Source of the DNA: Spirochaetaceae bacterium
GTDB taxonomy: Bacteria > Spirochaetota > Spirochaetia > DSM-2461
Length of the DNA stretch: 64,000 bases
Assembly (NCBI GenBank): GCA_051531975.1
Contig: JAOPTT010000013.1
Coordinates: 64,001 to 128,000, forward strand
Reading direction: 5' to 3'
A model generated the notes under the pieces. The model searched no databases, was not told the DNA's origin, and saw only the letters and a list, made by a program, of their open reading frames with translations. The translations under genes were made by a program, and so were the position numbers. This document shows, in pieces, positions 30,298 to 41,775 of this stretch (within the stretch, counting starts at the first letter, position 1; every line of letters starts with the position of its first letter).

Positions 30298-30888
30298 TCA
30301 TTTTTTATTTAACCCAATAAAATAAATTTCAAAGGATTCACTTCTAACTGATTTTGGTTTAAAAGTTTTAACTTCATTAAACATAAGTTTCATTCTTTTT
30401 AAAATATCATTGGAGTCTTCTCCCTGATAAATTTTATATACTGAATTTCCACCTGGCTTTAATATATTATCGGTAAGTGTTAATATTTCTAAAACTAAAT
30501 CGTAACTTCTAGTTGTATCTGTTAGTCTATTACCAGTAGTAGATGGAGCAGCATCACTTAATACAACATCAAATGGACCTTTCTCACATAAAAAAGTAAT
30601 AGTTTCCTCTTTAAATACATCACCTTGCATAAAAAATAAATTTGGATACTCTTTTTTTAAGTTTAACGGTTTTAAATCAGCACCAACAACAAGTCCTTTT
30701 CCTTGAGCTATTTTTAATGCATACATTGTCCAACTACCAGGAGATGCACCCACATCTATTATTTTATGTCCAGGTTTCATTATCTTAAATTTTTGTTGAA
30801 TTTCTTCTAATTTATAAACAGAACGGGCTGGATAACCCTCTTTTTTTGCCTTTAAACTATAATGATCTAATTTATCTCTTCTTCCCAT
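30298..30888 (-). CDS. rlmE: 23S rRNA Um2552 methyltransferase
   Basis: YPARSVYKL, DVGASPGSW, VLSDAAP, KPKSVRSESFE; ATG 30888 with AGGAG RBS. Confidence 0.93.
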   Translation of the reverse strand: MGRRDKLDHYSLKAKKEGYPARSVYKLEEIQQKFKIMKPGHKIIDVGASPGSWTMYALKIAQGKGLVVGADLKPLNLKKEYPNLFFMQGDVFKEETITFLCEKGPFDVVLSDAAPSTTGNRLTDTTRSYDLVLEILTLTDNILKPGGNSVYKIYQGEDSNDILKRMKLMFNEVKTFKPKSVRSESFEIYFIGLNKK

Positions 30889-30925
30889 TCTACCAACTCC
30901 TGAAGTTTTATAATACAATATAAAT

Positions 30926-31972
30926 ATGGATAAAATATATAGTACAACATTAGATAGAATAGAAGAAGAAATTTCTAAAGTATTACCAACTAAAACTGAT
31001 AAAAACTGGATATATAAAGCTGTTGGAGGCTTATCTTCTGATATAACAACAGAATCTACAGATAATATAAATAGACCAGCCTTAGAGCTTATTTACCGTG
31101 GAGGTAAAAGATGGAGACCTCTAGTATTGGTTTTAACTGCTGCATGTTTTAATAATGATCTTGAAATGGCTTTTAAACTTTCTCCATTTGTTGAACTTAT
31201 ACATAATGGAACACTTTTAATAGATGATATTGAAGACAAAGCTATTGAGAGAAGAGGTAAAAAAGCTGTTCATTTAATATTTGGTGAGGATATGGCTATA
31301 AATTCTGGTAATCATCTATATTACATTCCAACAACAATAATAGATAACTTAGATTTAACTGATAAAGTAAAATTAAATATATATCAAAGCTATACACATA
31401 ATATGCGTCGTTTACATTTTGGACAAGGATTAGATATTCAATGGCATAACGATCTTAAAAAAATTCCCTCAGTAACTGAATATATACAGATGTGTAAATT
31501 TAAAACTGGTTGCTTAGCATCAATGTCTGGAGAATTAGGTGCTATATGTGCAGGATTAAGCAATGAAGAGATTGAAAATATACGTACTATTTGGGAAGAA
31601 ATAGGTGTAGGATTTCAAATATTAGACGATATAAAGAATATAACTACTGGAAACCCAGGTAAACATAGAGGTGATGATATTGTTGAAGGTAAAAAAAGTT
31701 TACCAGTTATCTTATATTGTAATAAAAATGAACATAGTAAATTATTAAATAATATTAAAATGGCTAAATTAAAAGGTATAATAAAAGGAAAAAAATATGT
31801 TGAGAGAGCTATAAAAATTTTAGATAATAGTGGTGCAATAACTGAAGGCTCTAAAATAGCTCTTGAACTTCTAAACAATAATATTGGAAGATTAAATAGT
31901 ACTTTACCTAATAGTCCATATAAAAAAGTTCTAATTAACATAGTAAATGATTTTATAAAAAAGATGTTATAG
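30926..31972 (+). CDS. Polyprenyl diphosphate synthase
   Basis: GGKRWRP, LIDDIED..RRG, GQGLD, KTG, FQILDD. Confidence 0.92.
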   Translation: MDKIYSTTLDRIEEEISKVLPTKTDKNWIYKAVGGLSSDITTESTDNINRPALELIYRGGKRWRPLVLVLTAACFNNDLEMAFKLSPFVELIHNGTLLIDDIEDKAIERRGKKAVHLIFGEDMAINSGNHLYYIPTTIIDNLDLTDKVKLNIYQSYTHNMRRLHFGQGLDIQWHNDLKKIPSVTEYIQMCKFKTGCLASMSGELGAICAGLSNEEIENIRTIWEEIGVGFQILDDIKNITTGNPGKHRGDDIVEGKKSLPVILYCNKNEHSKLLNNIKMAKLKGIIKGKKYVERAIKILDNSGAITEGSKIALELLNNNIGRLNSTLPNSPYKKVLINIVNDFIKKML

Positions 31973-31978
31973 AATTAG

Positions 31979-32252
31979 TTAACAAGTTATCCACAATAGA
32001 AAATAAAAATATTAAGAATTTAAACCGTTTTATTAACAAGTTATCCACAATTATAGGATTTTTATAGAATGAATTTAAATTCATCTAAATTTAATTTTAA
32101 ATTAATATAAATACATTTTTAAGTATATATTCGACAATTAATGAATAAATATACGATATAATAATATATAAGTGAATATATCCACATTTAAACAATTTTT
32201 TATAATGAATTTATGCAATATTTGATATTTTTGTACACAAGTTATCCACAAT
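31979..32252 (+). promoter_or_regulatory. DnaA-box cluster downstream of jag
   Basis: TTATCCACA at 31987, 32041 and 32242; ATATCCACA at 32178; all co-oriented in a very AT-rich gap. Confidence 0.85.
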
Positions 32253-32254
32253 GC

Positions 32255-32277
32255 AAAAAAAAACCACCCTAAGGTGG
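32255..32277 (-). terminator. jag terminator
   Basis: CCACC/GGTGG stem with A9 (T9 on minus strand). Confidence 0.8.
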
Positions 32278-32285
32278 CTTCTATA

Positions 32286-32942
32286 CTAGTCTCTAGTACC
32301 TTTATATATAACTCTTATACGTTTAAAGGTACCTTCACCCTCACTTTGAGTGATTACATCGTTAATTTCATTTAAGGCAGAATGAACCAATCTTCTCTCA
32401 AATGGATTAAGTGGTTCTAATAATCTTGAACTTTTAGTACTACAAACTATATCAGCTGTTTTTAGTGCAGAACGTACAATATTATCTTCTCGCCTTGTTC
32501 TATAATTTTCAACATCTAAAATAATTCTTAGTGATGATTCATCTTTATTGATAAACTTACCAGCATATACATTTACTAAAAGCTGTATAGCATCTAAATT
32601 TTTACCTCTTTTTCCAATAATAATAGCAGAATCCTCTGTTATTATATCCAACATTAAACGATTTTCAGATCTTTCTAAAATTACAACTTTTCCCTTATAT
32701 CCCATTTTGGATATAATTTCTTTAGTAAAGTTTAAAATACTCTCTTCAAAATCATTCTCAGCTACAGAATTATTATCATTATTGTAATGGATTCTAATTT
32801 TAACAGAAGATTTTTTAAATAAAAAACCTCTATTTTCTGTTTCTAAAATCTCTACATCAAATTCATCCCGTTTAAGACCTAGTTCATTTACAGCTCTTTC
32901 AATAGCATCTTTTTCAGTTTTACCTGCAAATTCTCTTATCAT
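32286..32942 (-). CDS. jag: RNA-binding protein Jag/KhpB (Jag_N, KH, R3H)
   Basis: IIGKRGKNLDAIQ, FERRLVH, SEGEG. Confidence 0.93.
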   Translation of the reverse strand: MIREFAGKTEKDAIERAVNELGLKRDEFDVEILETENRGFLFKKSSVKIRIHYNNDNNSVAENDFEESILNFTKEIISKMGYKGKVVILERSENRLMLDIITEDSAIIIGKRGKNLDAIQLLVNVYAGKFINKDESSLRIILDVENYRTRREDNIVRSALKTADIVCSTKSSRLLEPLNPFERRLVHSALNEINDVITQSEGEGTFKRIRVIYKGTRD

Positions 32943-32990
32943 AATTTTAACACTCCCGGTTAAAGTAAATTTTAATTGAGTATTACGCTA

Positions 32991-34766
32991 TTATTTTTTG
33001 CCTTTTTTCTTTTTTTTCTTCTGAGCTTTTTCCTCTAACACTAAATCATGTTGTTTGTCAGATTTCTTTTTACTTTTAATCTGTTGCGCAGAACTTATTA
33101 GATTTTGTGTAATCCAATATAGTAATAAACCAGAACTCTGATTGTACATAATGAAGAAAAACATTATAGGCATACCTAGCGTAAGCATTTTTGTTTGCAT
33201 AGCAGAAGCGCCAGCACCACCACCAGCTTGTTGGTTTTGTGTAAATTTCATGGATATTAACTGAGTAGCTACATAAATAATAGGTAATAATCTAAGAGCA
33301 TCCCAACCAACTAAAGGAAGTTGAAATCCAAATTGAAGTACAAATTCTGGCTTAGAAAGGTCAATTATCCAACCAGGAATAAAAGTTGCACCTTTTAAAC
33401 CTATATATTCATTAAACAGAGAGTAGAATGTAATAAATATTGGCATTTGTAATAACATAGGTAGACAACCACCTAGAGGATTAACACCTTCTTTTTTATA
33501 TAACTCTGCTGTTGCTGCATTTAATTTTGCTGCATCATCTTTATATTTTGCTTGTAATTTTTTAAGTTCAGGTTGAATAGTCTGCATTTTACCCATCGAG
33601 TCAAAACTCTTTTTAGTAAAAGGAAACAGTACTATTTTTAAAAGTATAGTTAATAAAATAATAGATATACCATAGTTATTAACTACAGAATTAATGAACT
33701 CTAATATCATCATAAAAAACATTGCTAAAGGTCTCATAGTAAAATGTATTATTCTATCTAACCCTACAACAGCCATATTCCAACCGTTATTTTCAGAATT
33801 TGCATAAGTTTTTAATTTTTCATGATCTTTAGGACCTGCATAAATTTTATATGTATCTTCAATAAAAGAACTATTAAGATTGCTTCTACTTAATATAAGT
33901 TCACCAGTCTCTTTACCATCAAAAAGTTTATTTGTGTAATATATAGAAGGATTATTATTATCTGGAATTATAGCTAAAGTAAAAAACTTTGCTTCAATAG
34001 CTGTCCAATCATAAGATTCATTATAAGTAATTTCTTGTTTTTTTACTTTTAACTCATCCCTTTTACCATCAGTATATATAGATAATTTTCGATAATCTTC
34101 TCTTCTATCAAGTTTAACAAACTCTGGACCTATTTGTTTTGTAACATTTAAAGAATATACAGATCCATTACTATTCATAGGTATTAGACTATTATCATTA
34201 TTCTTTAAAGATATTTTTAATTCAAACATATAGTCATTTGGTAAAAATTTATAAGTTTTAACCAATGTTAAAGGTGAAGAATTACTACCTGAACTGTCTT
34301 TTAATCTAAATTTACGACTAAATTGATGAGTATTATTATCTAATTTTTTATATTCAAAAATTTCATTAAATAATTTATCTCCAACAGTCATATTAAAAAG
34401 AGCGTTATTATCTATTTCTTGGAGAACCATATCAACTATAGTTTCATCATTAACATCTATCGTATGGTCTAATAACTTTAAACTAGTTATATTTCCACCT
34501 TTAGTATTAAAAGTTACATCAAATAACTCAGTAGAATAATTAATACTTTTTTCTATATATGTAGTAGAATCTTCAAGTTCTTCAATTACATTACTATCTT
34601 CATTTTTAATAATAGGTTCAGATTCATTTGTAATATTATTTTCTTCAGATTCAATTACCGTATTAATAACTGTATCATCTGTAGGATATAAATAACTATT
34701 TAATGCGTTAAAACCTAAAAAAACTACTGTACTAAGCACAATCGCTAGAACTGTTCTTTTTTCCAT
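32991..34766 (-). CDS. yidC: Membrane protein insertase
   Basis: NYGISIILLT, NPLGGCLPMLLQMP, SGLLLYW. Confidence 0.95.
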   Translation of the reverse strand: MEKRTVLAIVLSTVVFLGFNALNSYLYPTDDTVINTVIESEENNITNESEPIIKNEDSNVIEELEDSTTYIEKSINYSTELFDVTFNTKGGNITSLKLLDHTIDVNDETIVDMVLQEIDNNALFNMTVGDKLFNEIFEYKKLDNNTHQFSRKFRLKDSSGSNSSPLTLVKTYKFLPNDYMFELKISLKNNDNSLIPMNSNGSVYSLNVTKQIGPEFVKLDRREDYRKLSIYTDGKRDELKVKKQEITYNESYDWTAIEAKFFTLAIIPDNNNPSIYYTNKLFDGKETGELILSRSNLNSSFIEDTYKIYAGPKDHEKLKTYANSENNGWNMAVVGLDRIIHFTMRPLAMFFMMILEFINSVVNNYGISIILLTILLKIVLFPFTKKSFDSMGKMQTIQPELKKLQAKYKDDAAKLNAATAELYKKEGVNPLGGCLPMLLQMPIFITFYSLFNEYIGLKGATFIPGWIIDLSKPEFVLQFGFQLPLVGWDALRLLPIIYVATQLISMKFTQNQQAGGGAGASAMQTKMLTLGMPIMFFFIMYNQSSGLLLYWITQNLISSAQQIKSKKKSDKQHDLVLEEKAQKKKKKKGKK

Positions 34767-35129
34767 TTATATAAACTCCACTGAATTTTCAACTTTCAAA
34801 TTTGCTTTTTGTAACAGGCTAAAAAACTGAGATTCTCTAGATTCGTGACTAAAGTTACCAGGATATAAAATTATGATAATATCCCAACCTGTTAAAATAT
34901 ATTTTTTATTTAATCTGTATAATTCTCTAAAAATTCGTTTAGCTCTGTTTCTTTCGACTGAATTGCCAAATTTTCTCACAAGAGTAATAGCAAAACGACT
35001 ATAAGATAAGTTGTTCTTTAAATAAACAATTTTTGCACCTGCAGTATTTGATCTACTGCCGGTTGCAAAAACAGTTTTTAAATCAGATTGACTACTTAGT
35101 CTCTCTGATTTAGTAAGGGTTGTTCTCAT
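34767..35129 (-). CDS. rnpA: RNase P protein component
   Basis: [11 protein letters not shown] motif; ATG at 35129 lies within rpmH. Confidence 0.93.
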   Translation of the reverse strand: MRTTLTKSERLSSQSDLKTVFATGSRSNTAGAKIVYLKNNLSYSRFAITLVRKFGNSVERNRAKRIFRELYRLNKKYILTGWDIIIILYPGNFSHESRESQFFSLLQKANLKVENSVEFI

Positions 35130-35265
35130 TAGCAACTGATAATTTAGCTCTTCCCTTTCTTCTTCTTCTTGATAACACTGCTCTTCCTGCTTTTGTACTC
35201 ATTCTAGCTCGGAATCCGTGCTTTCTGTTTCTTTTAACCTTACTTGGCTGATAAGTTCGTTTCAT
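35110..35265 (-). CDS. rpmH: 50S ribosomal protein L34 (51 aa; absent from ORF track)
   Basis: Manual translation [51 protein letters not shown]. Confidence 0.97.
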   Translation of the reverse strand: MKRTYQPSKVKRNRKHGFRARMSTKAGRAVLSRRRRKGRAKLSVANENNPY

Positions 35266-35366
35266 ACCTTAGAATAACTCCTATATCTCTAATAACTTCT
35301 AAAATTTCAATATGATAAGTGACTGTAATATACTTTTATAATAAATCAAATGTCAACTATATAAGA

Positions 35367-35777
35367 TTACTCTTCAGATCTTTTACTCATTTTTTTAAGT
35401 AATTCAGAAAAATTCGCATTATCTATTTCAACTTTATCTCGATTAATATCTGTATTTTTTAAAATATCTTTAGTTTTATCGTTAATTTTATTACTATTTT
35501 TGAAATAAAACTTTATTTTCTTAACTGATAACTCTGGAAACTTTTTATTTATTTTTTTTAAAATATACTTCTCTTTTAACAAAATTAGTTGTTTCCAACC
35601 AGGGTGATCTATCTGAATTATTAAATTTCCATCAACAATATCTTTTATTTCACTATTATTTCCTATTTTATCTCCAGTTATTTCATTCCAGGAATTATGA
35701 AAAGAATTATATTGTTCTCCCTCTTTTTTTTGTACTTCATTAAAATATATATTAACTAAATCTCCAGCTTTCTTCAT
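35367..35777 (-). CDS. dciA: DciA/DUF721-family helicase-loading protein
   Basis: WNEITGDKI and LIIQIDHPGWKQ pattern; immediately downstream of recF. Confidence 0.75.
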   Translation of the reverse strand: MKKAGDLVNIYFNEVQKKEGEQYNSFHNSWNEITGDKIGNNSEIKDIVDGNLIIQIDHPGWKQLILLKEKYILKKINKKFPELSVKKIKFYFKNSNKINDKTKDILKNTDINRDKVEIDNANFSELLKKMSKRSEE

Positions 35778-36847
35778 TCTGTTAAATTTCCTTCAATAAT
35801 ATAAAAAACTTTAGCTTCATGTTTTTTTAATGCAGAACTATCTGGTAAAAAAGTATAAAAAGCTTGTTCATACTCAGGTAAATTATTCATAAAAAGTTCT
35901 CTCTTTTCATTATCTAATTCTAATAATACATCGTCTAGTAACAAAATAGGCTTTCTACCAGTTTTATCTGAGAAAAATATTCCTTGAGCTGCTCTTAAAA
36001 TTAAAGAAACTAATCTTAATTGCCCAGTTGATGCAAATTCATTAAAATCTTTTTTTTCATAAATAAATTTAAAATTATCTCTATGGGGGCCATAGCAGCT
36101 AGTTTTCATCTTTAATTCGTAATTAATTTTATTATTTATACTATTAACAATTTCTTCTTTATTATCTGTTTTCCAAGAAGATATATAATCAATGTTTAAC
36201 TTTCCATTCAAATCAGAAATATTATTGAACATCTCTGAAATAACAATATTAAATTGCTTAATAACATTATTTCTTTTATTTTGTAATAATATTCCATAAT
36301 CAACAAGTTTCTCTGTATAAATTTTAATTAGTTCAATATCACTAGCTTCTTTTAAAAGTTTATTTCTATTTTTTAGTATATTTTTGTAATTTCTTAATAA
36401 AACAATAAAATCACTATCTAATAACGAAAGCGTCTGATCGAAAAAATTTCTTTTTTTATCTGGAGAACCTACTACAAAATCTAAATCACCATGACAAAAT
36501 ACAATACATGGCATATTTAACATAATATCTCTTCTATCAGTAATTATTTTATCATTATAAATTATTTTTTTTTGACCTTTATCAAGCTGAATACTAATTT
36601 TATTTAAGCTATTATCATTTTTTTCAAATTTTGCTGCAGCTGCCATCTGATTTTGCTTATGTTTTAAAATTATATTATCGTGTTTAGTTCTAAATGAGGA
36701 TCCGTAGCATAAAAAATAGAGTGCTTCTAGAATATTAGTTTTACCCTGTCCATTTTTACCTACAAAATAAACCTCAGGATAATCTAAATCAATTCTTAAT
36801 GATTCAAAATTCCTGAAGTTATATAAGTATAATTCTTTAAATCCCAA
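35774..36847 (-). CDS. recF: DNA replication/repair protein RecF
   Basis: NFRN, GKNGQGKTN, GPHRD, STGQ, LLDDVLLELD. Confidence 0.95.
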   Translation of the reverse strand: MGFKELYLYNFRNFESLRIDLDYPEVYFVGKNGQGKTNILEALYFLCYGSSFRTKHDNIILKHKQNQMAAAAKFEKNDNSLNKISIQLDKGQKKIIYNDKIITDRRDIMLNMPCIVFCHGDLDFVVGSPDKKRNFFDQTLSLLDSDFIVLLRNYKNILKNRNKLLKEASDIELIKIYTEKLVDYGILLQNKRNNVIKQFNIVISEMFNNISDLNGKLNIDYISSWKTDNKEEIVNSINNKINYELKMKTSCYGPHRDNFKFIYEKKDFNEFASTGQLRLVSLILRAAQGIFFSDKTGRKPILLLDDVLLELDNEKRELFMNNLPEYEQAFYTFLPDSSALKKHEAKVFYIIEGNLTE

Positions 36848-36853
36848 ATGATG

Positions 36854-37960
36854 TTAATCAACCTGCATTGGTTGAATCATATGTAAAAAATTACTTTTTG
36901 GTGAAGAATACATCATTACTGGTCTGGCTTCATCTGTAAAACAAAATTCAATAGATTCATCTTGAATAGCTTTTAAAGGTTCTAACAAGTACTGATAATT
37001 AAGTGCAATAGTTGTCTTAGGTCCAGAATATTCACATTCAAACTCTTCTTTTGCATTACCAATATCACTCTCTTCAGATAAAAGTGTTAATTTTCCTTCT
37101 TCTAAAGTAATAAAAATTCTTCTAGATCTACTCTCTGCTAATAAAGAAACCCTTTTAATTGCTGTAACAAATTTATTTTTATCAATTACAGCAGTTTTTT
37201 CAGGTGTTTCAGTTGTTATTCTAGAATACTGAGGAAATTGGCCTTCAATCAAAGTTGATGATATTTTTTGATTATCTAATTTGAAATGAATATTTTTATC
37301 AATTATTGCAATTGAAATATTTCCTTCACCAGAAGATAATTTTTTTATTAAGCTTAAAATTTTGATAGGAACAATTACTCCGTCAAAATTTTCCATTTCG
37401 TATGGAAAGGCACTATCAATATAAGATAATCTTCTACCATCTGTAGCAACCATTAATGCTTTATCACTATTTTTCTCAAAATATACACCATTTAAAAAAT
37501 ATCTTGTTTCATCATCAGATACAGCAAAAATAGTTTGATTAATCATTTGATTATATTCAAATTGTGGTAATTCAAAATAATGTTCATTTGAAATATTAAT
37601 TATTTCAGGAAAATTATCTGATGGAATGCATCTTAGTTTAAAATCTATATGTTGACCAATTGGTTTAATACTTAAAATATTATCTTCATTTTTTTCAAAC
37701 TCTATTTCTGATTCTGGTAAATTTCTAAGTACATTTAAAAACTTGTCACAAAATACTGTAGTTTTACCGGATTCAATTACTTGAACTGGAATTTTTGTTT
37801 CAAAGTTAACTTTAAGATCTGTAGCTTTTATAGTTAGTCTATTATGTCCTACTTCTAAAAGCACATTTGATAATATAGATAAAGCATTTCTACCGGATAT
37901 TATTTCTTGTGCAATCATGATCTCTTTTAATAAAACACTTTTATTACAACTGAATTTCAT
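36854..37960 (-). CDS. dnaN: DNA polymerase III beta clamp
   Basis: ATDL, DETRYFLNG, VATDGRRL, GQFPQY. Confidence 0.96.
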   Translation of the reverse strand: MKFSCNKSVLLKEIMIAQEIISGRNALSILSNVLLEVGHNRLTIKATDLKVNFETKIPVQVIESGKTTVFCDKFLNVLRNLPESEIEFEKNEDNILSIKPIGQHIDFKLRCIPSDNFPEIINISNEHYFELPQFEYNQMINQTIFAVSDDETRYFLNGVYFEKNSDKALMVATDGRRLSYIDSAFPYEMENFDGVIVPIKILSLIKKLSSGEGNISIAIIDKNIHFKLDNQKISSTLIEGQFPQYSRITTETPEKTAVIDKNKFVTAIKRVSLLAESRSRRIFITLEEGKLTLLSEESDIGNAKEEFECEYSGPKTTIALNYQYLLEPLKAIQDESIEFCFTDEARPVMMYSSPKSNFLHMIQPMQVD

Positions 37961-37980
37961 ACATTCTCCTTTTAATACTT

Positions 37981-38134
37981 ATTAATTATAAAATAGTAGT
38001 AGTAATAGTAGGCTCACTGTATAAGTGTATAACCTACATAACCTCTTTTATAGTATATATTTATTGATGTGAATTCAATGTTAATAAAATAACACTGTTT
38101 TCCACATATTAACAAGCATGTAATTTTATCCACA
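37981..38134 (-). other. oriC unwinding region: AT tract, DnaA-trios and DnaA boxes
   Basis: TAG TAG TAG TAA TAG TAG at 37994-38011; overlapping boxes 38016-38032; TTTTCCACA 38098; TTATCCACA 38126. Confidence 0.85.
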
Positions 38135-38154
38135 AATTTAACATACTTATTAAC

Positions 38155-39564
38155 TTAGTTTCCACCACTTTCTTTAATAGTTCTTACTATATTATTTATA
38201 GTAGGTTCTAATGTAGAATTTGTAATTGTCATATCTTCTATCTTCTGACAAGAGTGCATTACAGTAGTATGATCTCTTCCACCAAATTCTAATCCTATCT
38301 CAGTTGTTGAAAAATCTGTAATCTCTCTAATAATATACATTGCTACTTGTCTAGGAAAAGTTACTACTTTAGTTCTTTTTTTACTTTTAAGATCATTAGT
38401 AGTAACATTAAAATACTCTGCTACTGCTTTTTGTACTTTATCTATTGTAATATTAAGTTGAAGTGGCTTCTGGAAAACATGTTTTAACTGTGTTTTTGCT
38501 ACATCCATAGTTATTTTTTTACCAACAAGTTCAGCGTAGGCAATTAATTTTGTTAAAGCTGCTTCTAAATCTCTAATATTTGTAGTTATATTTTTAGACA
38601 TAAAATTAAGCACTTCATCAGGTATATCTACGTTTTTTTCATTTAATTTATTTCTTAATATAGCTACCCTCGTTTCAAAATCAGGAGGAAGAAGGTCTAC
38701 ATTTAAACCCCTTTCGAATCTACTTTTTAATCTATCAGAAAATTTTTGTAATTCACTAGGGGGTCTATCACATGTAAATACTAACTGTTTGTTTGAATCA
38801 TAAAGAGCATTAAATGTATGGAAAAGTTCTTCTTGAGTACTATTTTTGTTTTGTAAATCATGAATATCATCAATTAATAATACATCTACCTTTCTATATT
38901 TACTTTTAAACTTGCTTTGAGTATTTGTACTTATAGAATTAATAAATTCGTTAATAAAGGTTTCTGCAGGTATATATACTATTTTCATTTCTGGGTGTTT
39001 ATTATGTATACCATTTCCTATTGCTTGCATTAAATGTGTTTTTCCAAGGCCAACTCCACCATAAATTAAACATGGATTATAATCTTTACCAGGATTATTA
39101 ACTATTGCTTTTCCAGCATTTGTTGGTAGAGAGTTATTATCTCCAATAACATAGTTTTCAAATGTATAGTTTTCATTTAGCTGATAGTGTTGTGGATTAG
39201 AGTTAGTTATATTAACTGTTTTAGTTGTAAATTTATCAGTTTTAATATCAGAATTATTTGTTTTAGCTATATTTGGTCTTATTTTTTCTGTATTAGCTAT
39301 TTCTTTTTGTATAATTGTAAAATCTAATTTTATAGAAGTTCCAGATAACTCAAATAATTTTTTTTCTAATAATGAGCTATATCTAAGTTTAATTTGATCT
39401 TTATAAAATTTTGAAGGTACACTTAAAACTATATTATCTTCGTTGGAAGATGTGTATTTCATGTTGTTAAACCACATACTACACTCTTGTTCGCTTAGAA
39501 GATTTTCTTCTTTTAATTGTTTTATAGTTTCGTACCAGAATATATCATATTCAATTGAAGACAT
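38155..39564 (-). CDS. dnaA: Chromosomal replication initiator
   Basis: YGGVGLGKTHL, LLIDDI, FGGRDHTTV. Confidence 0.98.
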   Translation of the reverse strand: MSSIEYDIFWYETIKQLKEENLLSEQECSMWFNNMKYTSSNEDNIVLSVPSKFYKDQIKLRYSSLLEKKLFELSGTSIKLDFTIIQKEIANTEKIRPNIAKTNNSDIKTDKFTTKTVNITNSNPQHYQLNENYTFENYVIGDNNSLPTNAGKAIVNNPGKDYNPCLIYGGVGLGKTHLMQAIGNGIHNKHPEMKIVYIPAETFINEFINSISTNTQSKFKSKYRKVDVLLIDDIHDLQNKNSTQEELFHTFNALYDSNKQLVFTCDRPPSELQKFSDRLKSRFERGLNVDLLPPDFETRVAILRNKLNEKNVDIPDEVLNFMSKNITTNIRDLEAALTKLIAYAELVGKKITMDVAKTQLKHVFQKPLQLNITIDKVQKAVAEYFNVTTNDLKSKKRTKVVTFPRQVAMYIIREITDFSTTEIGLEFGGRDHTTVMHSCQKIEDMTITNSTLEPTINNIVRTIKESGGN

Positions 39565-39587
39565 TATTCCTCCAAATTGTTAATAAT

Positions 39588-39722
39588 TTATACACAAGCA
39601 ATATTATATTAATATACTTATATTAAATATAACTTAATTACTTATTATATATAGAATTAAACTAATTGATTAGTTATATACTAAATCAATTTTTTGTCTT
39701 TTATTTACTGGTATTATACACA
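39588..39722 (+). promoter_or_regulatory. DnaA boxes in the dnaA/gyrB divergent promoter region
   Basis: TTATACACA at 39588-39596 and 39714-39722. Confidence 0.7.
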
Positions 39723-39841
39723 ATTTATTAACAGGCGCAAATAATAAGCTAATATTCTTTAGATTATTTTTAGAAATATTGCTTTCTATTTACTTTTTTG
39801 ATATCTGACGCTATAATATTTTAATCCAATCAAACAATTAG

Positions 39842-41761
<1,920 letters not shown>

Positions 41762-41775
41762 ATAAGGGAGTTTTT

